Origin: Nitrospirota bacterium
GTDB lineage: Bacteria; Nitrospirota; UBA9217
Length of the DNA stretch: 28,521 nt
Reading direction: 5' to 3'
Assembly (NCBI GenBank): GCA_029858565.1
Contig: JAOUEV010000047.1
Coordinates: 1-28,521, forward strand
Numbering within the stretch: the stretch's first letter is position 1; each line of letters begins with the position of its first letter. Under the pieces are notes generated by a model. The model worked only from the letters and a program-made list of their open reading frames with translations. It did not search any database and had not been told where the DNA came from. Below, piece by piece: positions 17,694-26,278 of the stretch. Position numbers and translations under genes: made by a program.

Positions 17694-18683
17694 TCAGACC
17701 AGAAAATAGTTGATGCCCGCGATCGACGCCAGGGTGATCGCAAAGGCCGGTATGCCGCTTCCCGAGGAAGGGGGAAGGTCCTCTTCAAGCCGGGTGATGC
17801 GGCTTTCGATCAGCAGCGTATGGCTGTACTCCTCGATGCGATCGCGGATCTGCGTCCCGTCCGGCATACTGTGCTCACGGGATTCATCGCCGTAGTAGAA
17901 CTTGCTCAGTGCGCTTGCCAGGGCCGCGCGGTTTCCGGTCATCTGCACGGCTACGTCATCGCAGATCTTCTCCTCTTCCTGAACGATCCTGCGGAATTCC
18001 ATCAGGACGACCGGATTGAAGAACATGCATATCCGGAGCAGGAACACCAGCACCATGATCGGTCGTCTGCTCCGGGCGATATGTCCGATCTCATGGGCGA
18101 TCGCCGCCCTGAGCTCGTCGGTCTCCAGCCTGCGGGTCAGGCCGCTGGAGAGATAAATGGCCGGTCGTTTGCCGGTGGTGGAGAATATGAGCGGTTCATC
18201 GTCATCAATGACCAGGACCTCCGGCTTGTCGCCGGGAAGCGCAGCCAGCGCGAGAGCTTCCGACGAGCCCGCTGCCGGGGACTCCGCCTCAATACCACCC
18301 TCGTCCGATGAGGCGGAATGACGAACGATCGGGATGATCTCCTGCAGCAGGAACACGAGCGACGCGAAGCCCAGGAACAGGAGGAACAGAAGGCCGACGC
18401 TGACCGGTCCCAGAATGCTCAGGTTGAGCCACCGGTTGATGTCAAAGAGAGCATCGATCCGGAAGGCCGGAGAACCCCGCTCCGGCGACAGGAGCTGAAA
18501 GAGCGGAAACGAGACGATCGGGGTTATGATGACGATCAGCCGGAAGGGCTGACGGATCAACGGGTCCTCGATCTTCCACGCGAGCAGCGCGATGTCGACC
18601 AGGAGGGCCGCAACGAGCGCATGGAGAAACGATTGGGCCACGTACATGCCCGGCCAGGAGTTAAAGAAGTCGGCGATGGTCAT
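17694..18683 (-). CDS. M56 (BlaR1-like)/M48 integral membrane zinc metallopeptidase
   Basis: Several TM helices, ELRAAIAHEIGH (HExxH), FFNP, EEEKICDD, LASAL; start set at ATG 18683. Confidence 0.85.
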   Translation of the reverse strand: MTIADFFNSWPGMYVAQSFLHALVAALLVDIALLAWKIEDPLIRQPFRLIVIITPIVSFPLFQLLSPERGSPAFRIDALFDINRWLNLSILGPVSVGLLFLLFLGFASLVFLLQEIIPIVRHSASSDEGGIEAESPAAGSSEALALAALPGDKPEVLVIDDDEPLIFSTTGKRPAIYLSSGLTRRLETDELRAAIAHEIGHIARSRRPIMVLVFLLRICMFFNPVVLMEFRRIVQEEEKICDDVAVQMTGNRAALASALSKFYYGDESREHSMPDGTQIRDRIEEYSHTLLIESRITRLEEDLPPSSGSGIPAFAITLASIAGINYFLV

Positions 18684-18743
18684 GATGCATTGCGATCGGT
18701 GCCTGCTGACGGCGGAGTGACAGTGGATCCCGGCCCCGGAGCT

Positions 18744-18795
18744 ATTATAGCGAAAAAAAGCGTGTATTGTGGGAAAAAAGCGATTGCTATATAAT
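18744..18795. promoter_or_regulatory. Back-to-back divergent promoters (peptidase operon / NUDIX gene)
   Basis: TATAAT on the minus strand at 18749-18744; plus strand TTGTGG (18767-18772)-N17-TATAAT (18790-18795). Confidence 0.55.
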
Positions 18796-18854
18796 GCCCG
18801 CGGGAGCATCGGAAACGCTGCATATCATTGACCGTTGCGGGAGGACCTCGACCG

Positions 18855-19505
18855 ATGGAACAGGCACAGGAACAGTTCGATGTGCTGGATCGTGCCGGCA
18901 AAAGGACCGGAAGGATGATCAAGCGCGACGAGGCCCACGCGTCCGGCGCCTGGCATGGAGCGTTCCACTGCCTGATCACGTATCACCGCGAGGGACGGCT
19001 TTGTGCCCTGTTCCAGCTCCGTTCCCGGGACAAGAAGATAGCGGCTGGAAAGTTCGATGTGAGCGTGGGCGGCCATTACGCGGCCGGGGAAGGGCCGGAA
19101 ACCGCGGGGCCCCGGGAGATCAGCGAGGAACTGGGGCTTGCTGTGCCGTTCTCCGCGCTGGTGAGTCTGGGCAAAAGGGTCTTTGTCTACGGTTTTCAAC
19201 CAGGCGTGCAGGAGTGCGAATTCCAGGACGTGTTCCTGCTGCCTCTTGACGGACCTCTCTCGCATCTGTCACTCCAAAAGGAAGAGGTGGACGGGGTCCT
19301 GGAAATGGACGTGGAAAAGGGTATCAGGCTCTTTTGCGCGGAAATCCCTTCACTCGAGGCGGCATTGACCCGAAGCAACGGAGCGCAGGAGCGTGTTTTC
19401 GTGCGTTCCGAGGATTTCGTGCCGAGCCTGGACAACTACTACCTGAAGCTCCTTCAACTCGCTAAGCGGTATAGCAGGGGCGAGCAGGCGGTGCTGTTGA
19501 TATGA
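18855..19505 (+). CDS. NUDIX hydrolase (IPP-isomerase-like subfamily)
   Basis: DVLD..G..TG..RDEAH..G.WH, LFQLRS..K....GKFDVSVGGH..AGE......REISEELG, LQKEEV; GGAGG RBS. Confidence 0.85.
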   Translation: MEQAQEQFDVLDRAGKRTGRMIKRDEAHASGAWHGAFHCLITYHREGRLCALFQLRSRDKKIAAGKFDVSVGGHYAAGEGPETAGPREISEELGLAVPFSALVSLGKRVFVYGFQPGVQECEFQDVFLLPLDGPLSHLSLQKEEVDGVLEMDVEKGIRLFCAEIPSLEAALTRSNGAQERVFVRSEDFVPSLDNYYLKLLQLAKRYSRGEQAVLLI

Positions 19506-19678
19506 CAGTATCAAGGAAAATAGCCGTTCCGTTGTTCTGTTCTGCCCGATCTTTAGAACATTCATCCCGATATGATCATGCAGGAGCTTTGAGAACAGAA
19601 ACGCCCTGAAATCGGCCATGCTGCAATTAACTGATCATCGAGAATCCCGGGTTTTTTGGGTTCCGCGGCACCACTCCT

Positions 19679-19728
19679 TGATATAATATGAATCTGCGCT
19701 TGACTAATGCTCTAGGCGAGCTAATAAT
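19679..19728 (+). promoter_or_regulatory. Candidate promoter(s) of the Rieske/cytochrome b operon
   Basis: Extended -10 TG-A-TATAAT (19679-19687); also TTGACT (19700-19705)-N17-AATAAT (19723-19728). Confidence 0.45.
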
Positions 19729-19767
19729 AGGTACAGAAACCGGACTCAGGCCATCCAGGAGGATCCA

Positions 19768-20277
19768 ATGAGCGAACAAGGTGTTTCCCGCCGAAATTTC
19801 ATGACCCGGACGATCATCGCGATCATAGCTTTCATCGGCGCGGCGATCACGGTGCCGCTCGCCGGATTCGGCATACTGCCAGCGATCCGCAAAGGCCAGG
19901 CGGGATGGAGCGATGCCGGGACCTTCAAGGACCTTGAAGTAAACACGCCCCAGGAGCGGCGGTTCGCCCAAACCGTCAAGAATGGATGGCAGGAAGACCA
20001 TATGGAGCGGACGGTCTGGCTGGTCCGGAAGCCCGATGGCACCATCAAGGCGTTCTCGCCGAGCTGCCCCCATCTCGGATGCGGGTACCGGTGGTTCGGT
20101 CAGGAACAGCGCTTCAAGTGCCCCTGCCACGCGAGCATTTTCGACATTGACGGCAAGGTCCTCGCGGGGCCGTCCCCGCGTGCGCTCGATGGGCTCGAAG
20201 CGAAGGTCGAGGATGGGAAGGTGTTCGTGAAGTTCGAGATCTTTCAGGTCGGGACAACGGCCAAGGTTTCCGCATAG
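19768..20277 (+). CDS. qcrA: Rieske [2Fe-2S] subunit of a quinol:cytochrome c oxidoreductase
   Basis: Tat motif SRRNF plus TM helix; CPHLGC and CPCHASIF boxes; GPSPRAL; AGGAGG RBS. Confidence 0.93.
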   Translation: MSEQGVSRRNFMTRTIIAIIAFIGAAITVPLAGFGILPAIRKGQAGWSDAGTFKDLEVNTPQERRFAQTVKNGWQEDHMERTVWLVRKPDGTIKAFSPSCPHLGCGYRWFGQEQRFKCPCHASIFDIDGKVLAGPSPRALDGLEAKVEDGKVFVKFEIFQVGTTAKVSA

Positions 20278-20286
20278 GGAGGCATC

Positions 20287-21612
20287 ATGATCAAGCTTGT
20301 GCTCGACTGGATAGATGAACGCATCAAAGTGCGGGAACTGTGGCGGTCCTTTGCCGACCGGCAGATCCCCGGCGGCGCCAGCTGGTTCTACGTGCTCGGC
20401 GCATCGCTCGTTTTCATCTTCACCCTTCAGGCGATGACCGGCATCCTGCTGACCATGTACTATGCGCCCACGCCGGACCACGCTTACGCGAGCGTGAAAT
20501 ACATCCAGAACGAGGCGCCATTCGGGAGCTTCGTGCGCGGTCTGCATCATTGGGGCGCGAGCTTCATGATGGTGATCGTGGCGCTCCATCTGCTCCGGGT
20601 GTTCGTGTTCGGTTCATACAAAAAGCCCCGGGAGATCATCTGGGTGATCGGGGTGGGGCTCATTGCCGTGGTCGGCGGATTCGCGTTCACCGGATACCTG
20701 CTTCCCTGGGACCAGAAGGCCTACTGGGCCACGGTGGTCGGCACGAATGTTGCCGGGACGGTGCCGGTCATTGGAGGGACGCTTCTCAGGATCGTGCGCG
20801 GCGGCACCGAGCTCGGAGCACTCTCGCTCAGCAGGTTCTTCGCGATCCATACCTATATCCTTCCCGCAACCCTCGCGTTGCTTGCGGGGCTGCATATTTT
20901 TCTGCTTGAGCGGGCGGGCGCCGGCGGCATCTGGAACGCCGCTGACCGCGTCCCGTATAAGACAGAGCCGCTCTTCCCGAACCAGATATTCCGCGACACG
21001 ATCATGATCCTGGTTCTGTTCATTGCCCTGAGCGCTCTTGCGCTCCTGTTCCCGGCGCCGCTGGAGCCCCAGGCTGATCCAACTGACAGTTCGTACAATC
21101 CGCGGCCGGAATGGTACTTCTACTTCGTGTTTCAGCTGCTCAAGATATTCGAGGGAAAGTTCGAGCTGGTCGGGACCGTCATTCTGCCGAACATTGCCAT
21201 TGGCGTTCTGCTGCTCATCCCGTTCCTCGACCGTGGGCCGGAGCGGGACCCCATGAAGAGAAAGGCCATGATGACCGCGGCAGCACTGGCGGTCCTGTCG
21301 GTCATCGGACTGACCCTCGCGGGCGCGCGGGCTCCCATTGTGAATGAACCTGCGGTCACGTCGCCTTCGGTCCTGGCAGGGCGGGATATCTACCGTAGGC
21401 ATGGGTGCGAGGCCTGCCACAGCATTCACGGCAAGGGCGGCAAGGTCGGGCCTGACCTGACCCATGTGGCGGTCAGGCGTCCTGAAGCGGAATGGCACTA
21501 CCGTCATTTCCGGGATCCCCGGGCCGTGGTGCCGGGATCGATCATGCCGAGGATCGAGCTGACGGACAAGGAACTGAAGGAGCTTACCGACTATATGCTG
21601 AGCCTGAAATAA
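20287..21612 (+). CDS. qcrB: Cytochrome b (b6-like + subunit IV) fused to a C-terminal monoheme cytochrome c
   Basis: RGLHHWGAS..LHLLR, FTGYLLPWDQKAYWA, RFFAIH..LH, Qo-site PEWY, then CEACH...GPDLT...PGSIMP. Confidence 0.93.
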   Translation: MIKLVLDWIDERIKVRELWRSFADRQIPGGASWFYVLGASLVFIFTLQAMTGILLTMYYAPTPDHAYASVKYIQNEAPFGSFVRGLHHWGASFMMVIVALHLLRVFVFGSYKKPREIIWVIGVGLIAVVGGFAFTGYLLPWDQKAYWATVVGTNVAGTVPVIGGTLLRIVRGGTELGALSLSRFFAIHTYILPATLALLAGLHIFLLERAGAGGIWNAADRVPYKTEPLFPNQIFRDTIMILVLFIALSALALLFPAPLEPQADPTDSSYNPRPEWYFYFVFQLLKIFEGKFELVGTVILPNIAIGVLLLIPFLDRGPERDPMKRKAMMTAAALAVLSVIGLTLAGARAPIVNEPAVTSPSVLAGRDIYRRHGCEACHSIHGKGGKVGPDLTHVAVRRPEAEWHYRHFRDPRAVVPGSIMPRIELTDKELKELTDYMLSLK

Positions 21613-21799
21613 AGGGATTTTTTTTGCGCTCGTGACAGGTCACTGTTTCCGTGCGATGACATCTACCCTCGGTTCGTGAAAACGGGTCGTAGGTAATCTT
21701 TTCCCCTGAGTTCAAATGCCTGCTTTTGCCTTTGGCTTCTCGTGATGAGGCAGTTTGTTGCATGTTGAGCACTTCCCCCCCCTCCCCACACACATTTTT

Positions 21800-21829
21800 T
21801 CGACAGGTATCTCGATTCTGTGATATTCT
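21800..21829 (+). promoter_or_regulatory. Candidate arr promoter overlapped by TCGA repeats
   Basis: TCGACA (21800-21805)-N18-TATTCT with an extended TG; TCGA-N8-TCGA dyad at 21800-21815. Confidence 0.3.
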
Positions 21830-22103
21830 CGACATATGCACTGTCTGTTGCATGGCAAAATCCTTCCGCGTAAAAAATGTAAATGACAACTAGGGTGATC
21901 CTCCTGGCGCCGTGAAACAGCTATGCCCATTGCAGGTTTCATGTATCAGAGGTTCCGCACAAGGTATGCGCATCAGCACTGCCTCGGAATGTTAAAAGCG
22001 CGGAACAGCCTTGATCGTGGTGAGGACCACCTGCTCTCGAAGACGCGATTCTCTGTATCGGATCGGACAGGGATTCTATCTCAACGTTGAAAGGGAGGTT
22101 GCG

Positions 22104-24680
22104 ATGCAAATAAGAAGAAGGGATTTTCTTAAGACGGGCCTTGCAGCAGGTGCAGCAGCGGCATTAATCGGTCCGTCGCTGAATGCATTCGCCGCTGACA
22201 AGACAGAGGAAAAGTCTACCGGCGGCACTGAACCCGGAGAGTGGATGCCCTCTACTTGTCAGGGCTGCACTGCCTGGTGTCCTGTCGAGTTCTTCGTGCA
22301 GGAAGGCCGCGCGGTCAAGGTGCGCGGCAACCGGTTCAGCAAGGCCAATAACGGCTACGTCTGCCCGCGCGGCCACCTGATGCTGCAGCAGCTCTACGAT
22401 CCCGACCGGATCAAGGTCCCTATGAAGCGAACCAATCCTGAAAAGGGGCGCGGTATAGATCCCAAGTTCGTCCCGATCACCTGGGACGAAGCTTTGGACA
22501 CCATCGCGGACAAGATGATGGAACTGCGCAAGGCCGAGGAGCCGGAGAAGTTGATGTACATGCGCGGGCGATACTCTCCGTCATCTACCGATCTGCTCTA
22601 CGGCACACTACCCAAGATCTGGGGTACTCCCAACTATTTTTCCCACAGCGCGATATGTGCTGAAGCGGAAAAGATGGGACCCGGGTACACCCAGGGGTTC
22701 TTCGGCTACCGAGACTATGACCTAGCAAAGACCACTTGCCTGGTAATCTGGGGCTGCGATCCTCTCAGCTCCAACCGACAGGTGCCGAATGCCATAAGCA
22801 AATTCGGCGACATTTTCGACCGCGGTACGGTGATTGCCGTTGATCCGCGCTTCTCTACCTCGGCTGCCAAGGCAACTGAGTGGTTGCCCATCAAACCGGG
22901 AGAGGACGGCGCCTTGGCCGCAGCCATGGCTCACGTGATTCTGACCGACGGGAAGTGGAGCAGGGAGTTCGTCGGCGATTTCAAGGATGGCAAAAACCTC
23001 TTCAAGGCAGGCAAGACTGTTGACGAGGCGGCTTTTGTAGAGAAGGAAACTAACGGCGTGGTCAAATGGTGGAACATCGAGCTGAAGGACAAGACCCCGG
23101 CATGGGCCGCCAAAAAGACTCTGATCCCCAAGGGGCAGATCATCCGCGTGGCCCGTGCCATGAGCGTCGCAGGCTCTTCCTGCGCGGTCTATATGGGTCC
23201 CGGTGTGGCAATGACGCCCAGAGGCACCTATACCGCCATGGCGGTCTACGCCTTGAACGGTCTGCTCGGTTCCATTGATACCGAGGGCGGCGTAATGCAG
23301 AGCTCCGGTGCGCCGACGGAAAAGTTCCCCAAGCCTGACGCGTTCATCGATGAGATTGCCAAGCACCACGGCCACGGCAAAAAGATCGACGGACGCGGCG
23401 CCAAGGACATGCCCGCGATCCTCGGCGGTTTCGAGAAGAAGAAGGACAAGGAAGGAAAAGAAATAGAAAGCCCCCTAGCCAATGTGGTGACCAACAACGT
23501 GGCCAACGGTCTCTTGAAGGATTCGGGGGCCATCAAGGTGTTCCTCAGCACCTGGAGCAACTTCGTGTTTTCCTGCACCGGGACTGAGCGATGGGAAAAG
23601 GCCATGGCCAAGATGCCGTTCTTTGTGCACATGGTCACCAATGCATCGGAGATGACGCAATATGCCGACATCGTATTGCCGGCCACCTTCGCCCCGGCGG
23701 AGAAGCTTTCTATTGTCACCAACATGGCGAATCTTCACGGCCACATGTCCATCCAGCAGCCGGTGATCAAGCCGCTCTGGCAGGCCAAGCCGGAGGAGAC
23801 TGAGGTCATGTGGCTTCTAGCCGAGAAACTGAAGGTCAAGGGATTTGCCAATCTCTTCGACTATTATGCTTCCTTTGAAGATCCTGAAACCAAGAAGAAG
23901 CCTGCCAATGCCGCAGAGTTCGCCGAGATCGCCGCAAAGATCTCCAGCCAGAAGGTATGGAACGGCAAGGAAAAGATGAAGGGCGATCAGATCGCGGGCT
24001 GGGAGGAATTTAAGCAGAAGGGAATCTACAACTCCGAAACCTACGCCTACAAAAAGAACTGGGGCAAGTTCAAGACCGTAACCAAAAAGTTCGAGTTCTA
24101 CGGCGAAACGTTAAAGAAAACCCTCACGTTGTTTGCCGAAAAACACAAGACCAGTATCGACGACGTGCTGAAGTCGAGCGGTTACGAAGCCCAGGGCGAA
24201 CTGGCTTTTGTGCCCCACTACGAGTCACCCAAGCGTCACGGCAGCGACAAGGAATACCCCTTTACCTTCATCGACTACAAGTCGCGGCTCAACCGGGAGG
24301 GACGGAGCCAGAACACGACATGGTACCACGAGTTCAAGAAGGTGGACCAGGGAGACGTGAGCTGGGACGACGTGGCCAAGATCAATCCAAGCGACGCCAA
24401 AAAGCTGGGGATCAAGAACGGCGACGTCATCCGCCTTACCTCTACCACCGGCTCCATCGTGACCAAAGCGAAGTTGTGGGAAGGGGTGCGTCCCGGCACG
24501 ATCGCCAAGTGCTATGGTCAGGGCCACTGGGCATACGGCCGCGTTGCCGCAAAGGATTACGCCAAGGCGCAGCCGCGCGGCGGCAACAATAACGAACTTC
24601 TCGTTGACGACTACGACCGTTTGAGCGGGGCCACGGCCCGCAACGGCGGTTTCACCGGCGTCAAGATCGAGAAGATATAG
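22104..24680 (+). CDS. arrA: Respiratory arsenate reductase catalytic subunit (Mo-bisPGD, DMSO reductase family)
   Basis: Tat signal RRRDFLK; CX2CX3CX27C Fe-S motif (CQGCTAWC..C); ArrA-diagnostic RGRY (ArxA has GRGWG); SHSAICAEAEK catalytic motif; SRLNREGR, GQGHWAYG; GGGAGG RBS. Confidence 0.93.
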   Translation: MQIRRRDFLKTGLAAGAAAALIGPSLNAFAADKTEEKSTGGTEPGEWMPSTCQGCTAWCPVEFFVQEGRAVKVRGNRFSKANNGYVCPRGHLMLQQLYDPDRIKVPMKRTNPEKGRGIDPKFVPITWDEALDTIADKMMELRKAEEPEKLMYMRGRYSPSSTDLLYGTLPKIWGTPNYFSHSAICAEAEKMGPGYTQGFFGYRDYDLAKTTCLVIWGCDPLSSNRQVPNAISKFGDIFDRGTVIAVDPRFSTSAAKATEWLPIKPGEDGALAAAMAHVILTDGKWSREFVGDFKDGKNLFKAGKTVDEAAFVEKETNGVVKWWNIELKDKTPAWAAKKTLIPKGQIIRVARAMSVAGSSCAVYMGPGVAMTPRGTYTAMAVYALNGLLGSIDTEGGVMQSSGAPTEKFPKPDAFIDEIAKHHGHGKKIDGRGAKDMPAILGGFEKKKDKEGKEIESPLANVVTNNVANGLLKDSGAIKVFLSTWSNFVFSCTGTERWEKAMAKMPFFVHMVTNASEMTQYADIVLPATFAPAEKLSIVTNMANLHGHMSIQQPVIKPLWQAKPEETEVMWLLAEKLKVKGFANLFDYYASFEDPETKKKPANAAEFAEIAAKISSQKVWNGKEKMKGDQIAGWEEFKQKGIYNSETYAYKKNWGKFKTVTKKFEFYGETLKKTLTLFAEKHKTSIDDVLKSSGYEAQGELAFVPHYESPKRHGSDKEYPFTFIDYKSRLNREGRSQNTTWYHEFKKVDQGDVSWDDVAKINPSDAKKLGIKNGDVIRLTSTTGSIVTKAKLWEGVRPGTIAKCYGQGHWAYGRVAAKDYAKAQPRGGNNNELLVDDYDRLSGATARNGGFTGVKIEKI

Positions 24681-24698
24681 GAAAGGAGAAGACGACAC

Positions 24699-25499
24699 AT
24701 GCCTAAATACGGAATGGTCATAGATCTGCAGAAATGCGTGGGCTGCGGCGCATGCGCCCTCGCCTGCAAGACAGAGAATAATACCCAGGACCGGGCCGAC
24801 GGACAAACCTTCAACTGGGCCGATTACCTCATGAAAGAGGAAGGGAAGTTCCCCAATGTCAAGGCCAGCACCATGCCGGTGCTGTGCAACCACTGCACCG
24901 ACGCGCCGTGCATAAAGTCCTGCCCGGTAACGCCGAAGGCCATGTTCAAAACGCCGGACGGCATCACCATGCATAATGATGAGAGGTGCATCGGCTGCCA
25001 GAACTGCCAGCGGGCCTGCCCCTACAGCGCCACGGACGTGGACAAGAGCAAGGCCGCTTACAGCGTGATCAGTTTCAACGCCCACGGCGGCACGACGCAT
25101 CCGTTCTACCGTGACTCAAAGGAGATGATCCCCGGCTGCACCGCGTCGGGAGCCGAGGTGTCCAAGGCAGCCGGAGACAGCCCTCCGCACCGCAATCTTT
25201 ACAAACATCCGGATTATGAGAGCGTTCGGAAGAGCGGCATCGTGGAAAAATGCATATTTTGTGAGCACCGGGTGAAGAAGGGCGAACTGCCTTATTGCGT
25301 TGTTTCCTGCCCGGCAAAGGCCCGCATCTTCGGAGATCAGGACGATCCGAACAGCGAGATCAGCCTGGTCCTCAAGAAACACAAGCCGGTTCAGCTCAAG
25401 AGCAACAAGGGCGGAATCCTGAAGGCCGGCGAAAAGAGCACGAAGCCTAACGTGTTTTATGTCAGGAGCTACAAACCTTCGGCCGGGAAAGCGTCGTAA
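24699..25499 (+). CDS. arrB: Arsenate reductase four-[4Fe-4S] subunit
   Basis: CVGCGACALAC, CNHCTDAPCIKSC, CIGCQNCQRAC, CIFC..CVVSC; directly after arrA; AAAGGAG RBS. Confidence 0.92.
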   Translation: MPKYGMVIDLQKCVGCGACALACKTENNTQDRADGQTFNWADYLMKEEGKFPNVKASTMPVLCNHCTDAPCIKSCPVTPKAMFKTPDGITMHNDERCIGCQNCQRACPYSATDVDKSKAAYSVISFNAHGGTTHPFYRDSKEMIPGCTASGAEVSKAAGDSPPHRNLYKHPDYESVRKSGIVEKCIFCEHRVKKGELPYCVVSCPAKARIFGDQDDPNSEISLVLKKHKPVQLKSNKGGILKAGEKSTKPNVFYVRSYKPSAGKAS

Positions 25500-25512
25500 T
25501 TGCGTTACGGGT

Positions 25513-25557
25513 GACGGGGACCGGAGGATAGACCGGTCCCCGTCGCCCCGTTCTTTC
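25513..25557 (+). terminator. Strong stem-loop after arrB (leaky terminator or mRNA stabiliser)
   Basis: GACGGGGACCGG-AGGATAGA-CCGGTCCCCGTC perfect 12-bp stem, followed by GCCCCG-TTCTTTC. Confidence 0.7.
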
Positions 25558-25601
25558 ATCGGGGTCCGGTGATCCTGAGGGGAAAATGGAGAGGGGGCTG
25601 T

Positions 25602-26270
25602 ATGGATATTGAACAATTCGTCAAATTCGAACGGGCACGGAGCGATTGCTATAAATTGCTCGCGGCTTGTTTTTATCAGCCGCAAAAGGCGATGCTTTTG
25701 GATGAGAACGTATTTGCAATGCTCGGCGATCTGCTGACACGGATCTGTCCGGATGCGGAATTGTTTTCAAAGAAGATGGCGGAATCGCTCATGCGCTACG
25801 ATGAAGAGGCGCTCCTTGTGGAGTACGCGCGGCTTTTTTTGGGGCCCAATGAACTTCTCGCTCCTCCTTACGGCGCGGTTTATCTCGACAAGGGTGGAAT
25901 ATTGATGGGGGAATCAACGGCCAAGGCCGTGGATTTCTACAAGGCGGAAGGCCTGTCCATGGATCAACATTATTATAATCTGCCGGACCATATCACGGCA
26001 GAACTGGAATTCATGCACTATCTCACCTACCGGGAAGTCGAAGCTCTTGAAAAAAACGACACAGAAAAAGCACGGTACTGTCTGGATCGACGTGAAGCAT
26101 TCATGCTGACGTGCCTGGGCTCCTGGGTCGCTCCTTTCTGTGAAAAAATAAAACAGGGTACGGATAATGAATTTTATCGGGCGTTGGCAGACTGCCTGTC
26201 CGTTTTCCTGTCGAAAACGGGCCATTGCGAGATGCCGGTGGAACTGCAGGAATCCCTTGCGCGAGTTTGA
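25602..26270 (+). CDS. arrD: TorD/DmsD-family chaperone
   Basis: EYARLFLGP..LLAPPYGAVY, LPDHITAELEFM, W...F...I......FY. Confidence 0.9.
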   Translation: MDIEQFVKFERARSDCYKLLAACFYQPQKAMLLDENVFAMLGDLLTRICPDAELFSKKMAESLMRYDEEALLVEYARLFLGPNELLAPPYGAVYLDKGGILMGESTAKAVDFYKAEGLSMDQHYYNLPDHITAELEFMHYLTYREVEALEKNDTEKARYCLDRREAFMLTCLGSWVAPFCEKIKQGTDNEFYRALADCLSVFLSKTGHCEMPVELQESLARV

Positions 26271-26278
26271 TAGATACG

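Noticed and set aside
18741-18796. ModE-box-like TATATA sequence
   Set aside because: Only half-sites with wrong spacing; better explained as -10 boxes
19678-19692. FNR-like TTGAT half-site upstream of the Rieske gene
   Set aside because: Second half does not match ATCAA at N4 spacing
19627-21507. Antisense ORFs 19627-20589 and 20614-21507
   Set aside because: Fully overlap the Rieske and cytochrome b genes; no recognisable domains
21850-21870. Possible sigma54 promoter (TGGCA...) upstream of arrA
   Set aside because: No GC at the -12 position
21940-22103. Moco riboswitch in the arrA leader
   Set aside because: Conserved Moco-motif elements not recognisable by eye; needs an Infernal scan
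22104-24680. Alternative calls ArxA (arsenite oxidase) or PsrA/TtrA
   Set aside because: Has RGRY and SHSAICAEAEK of ArrA, not the ArxA GRGWG motif; no PsrC/TtrC anchor adjacent
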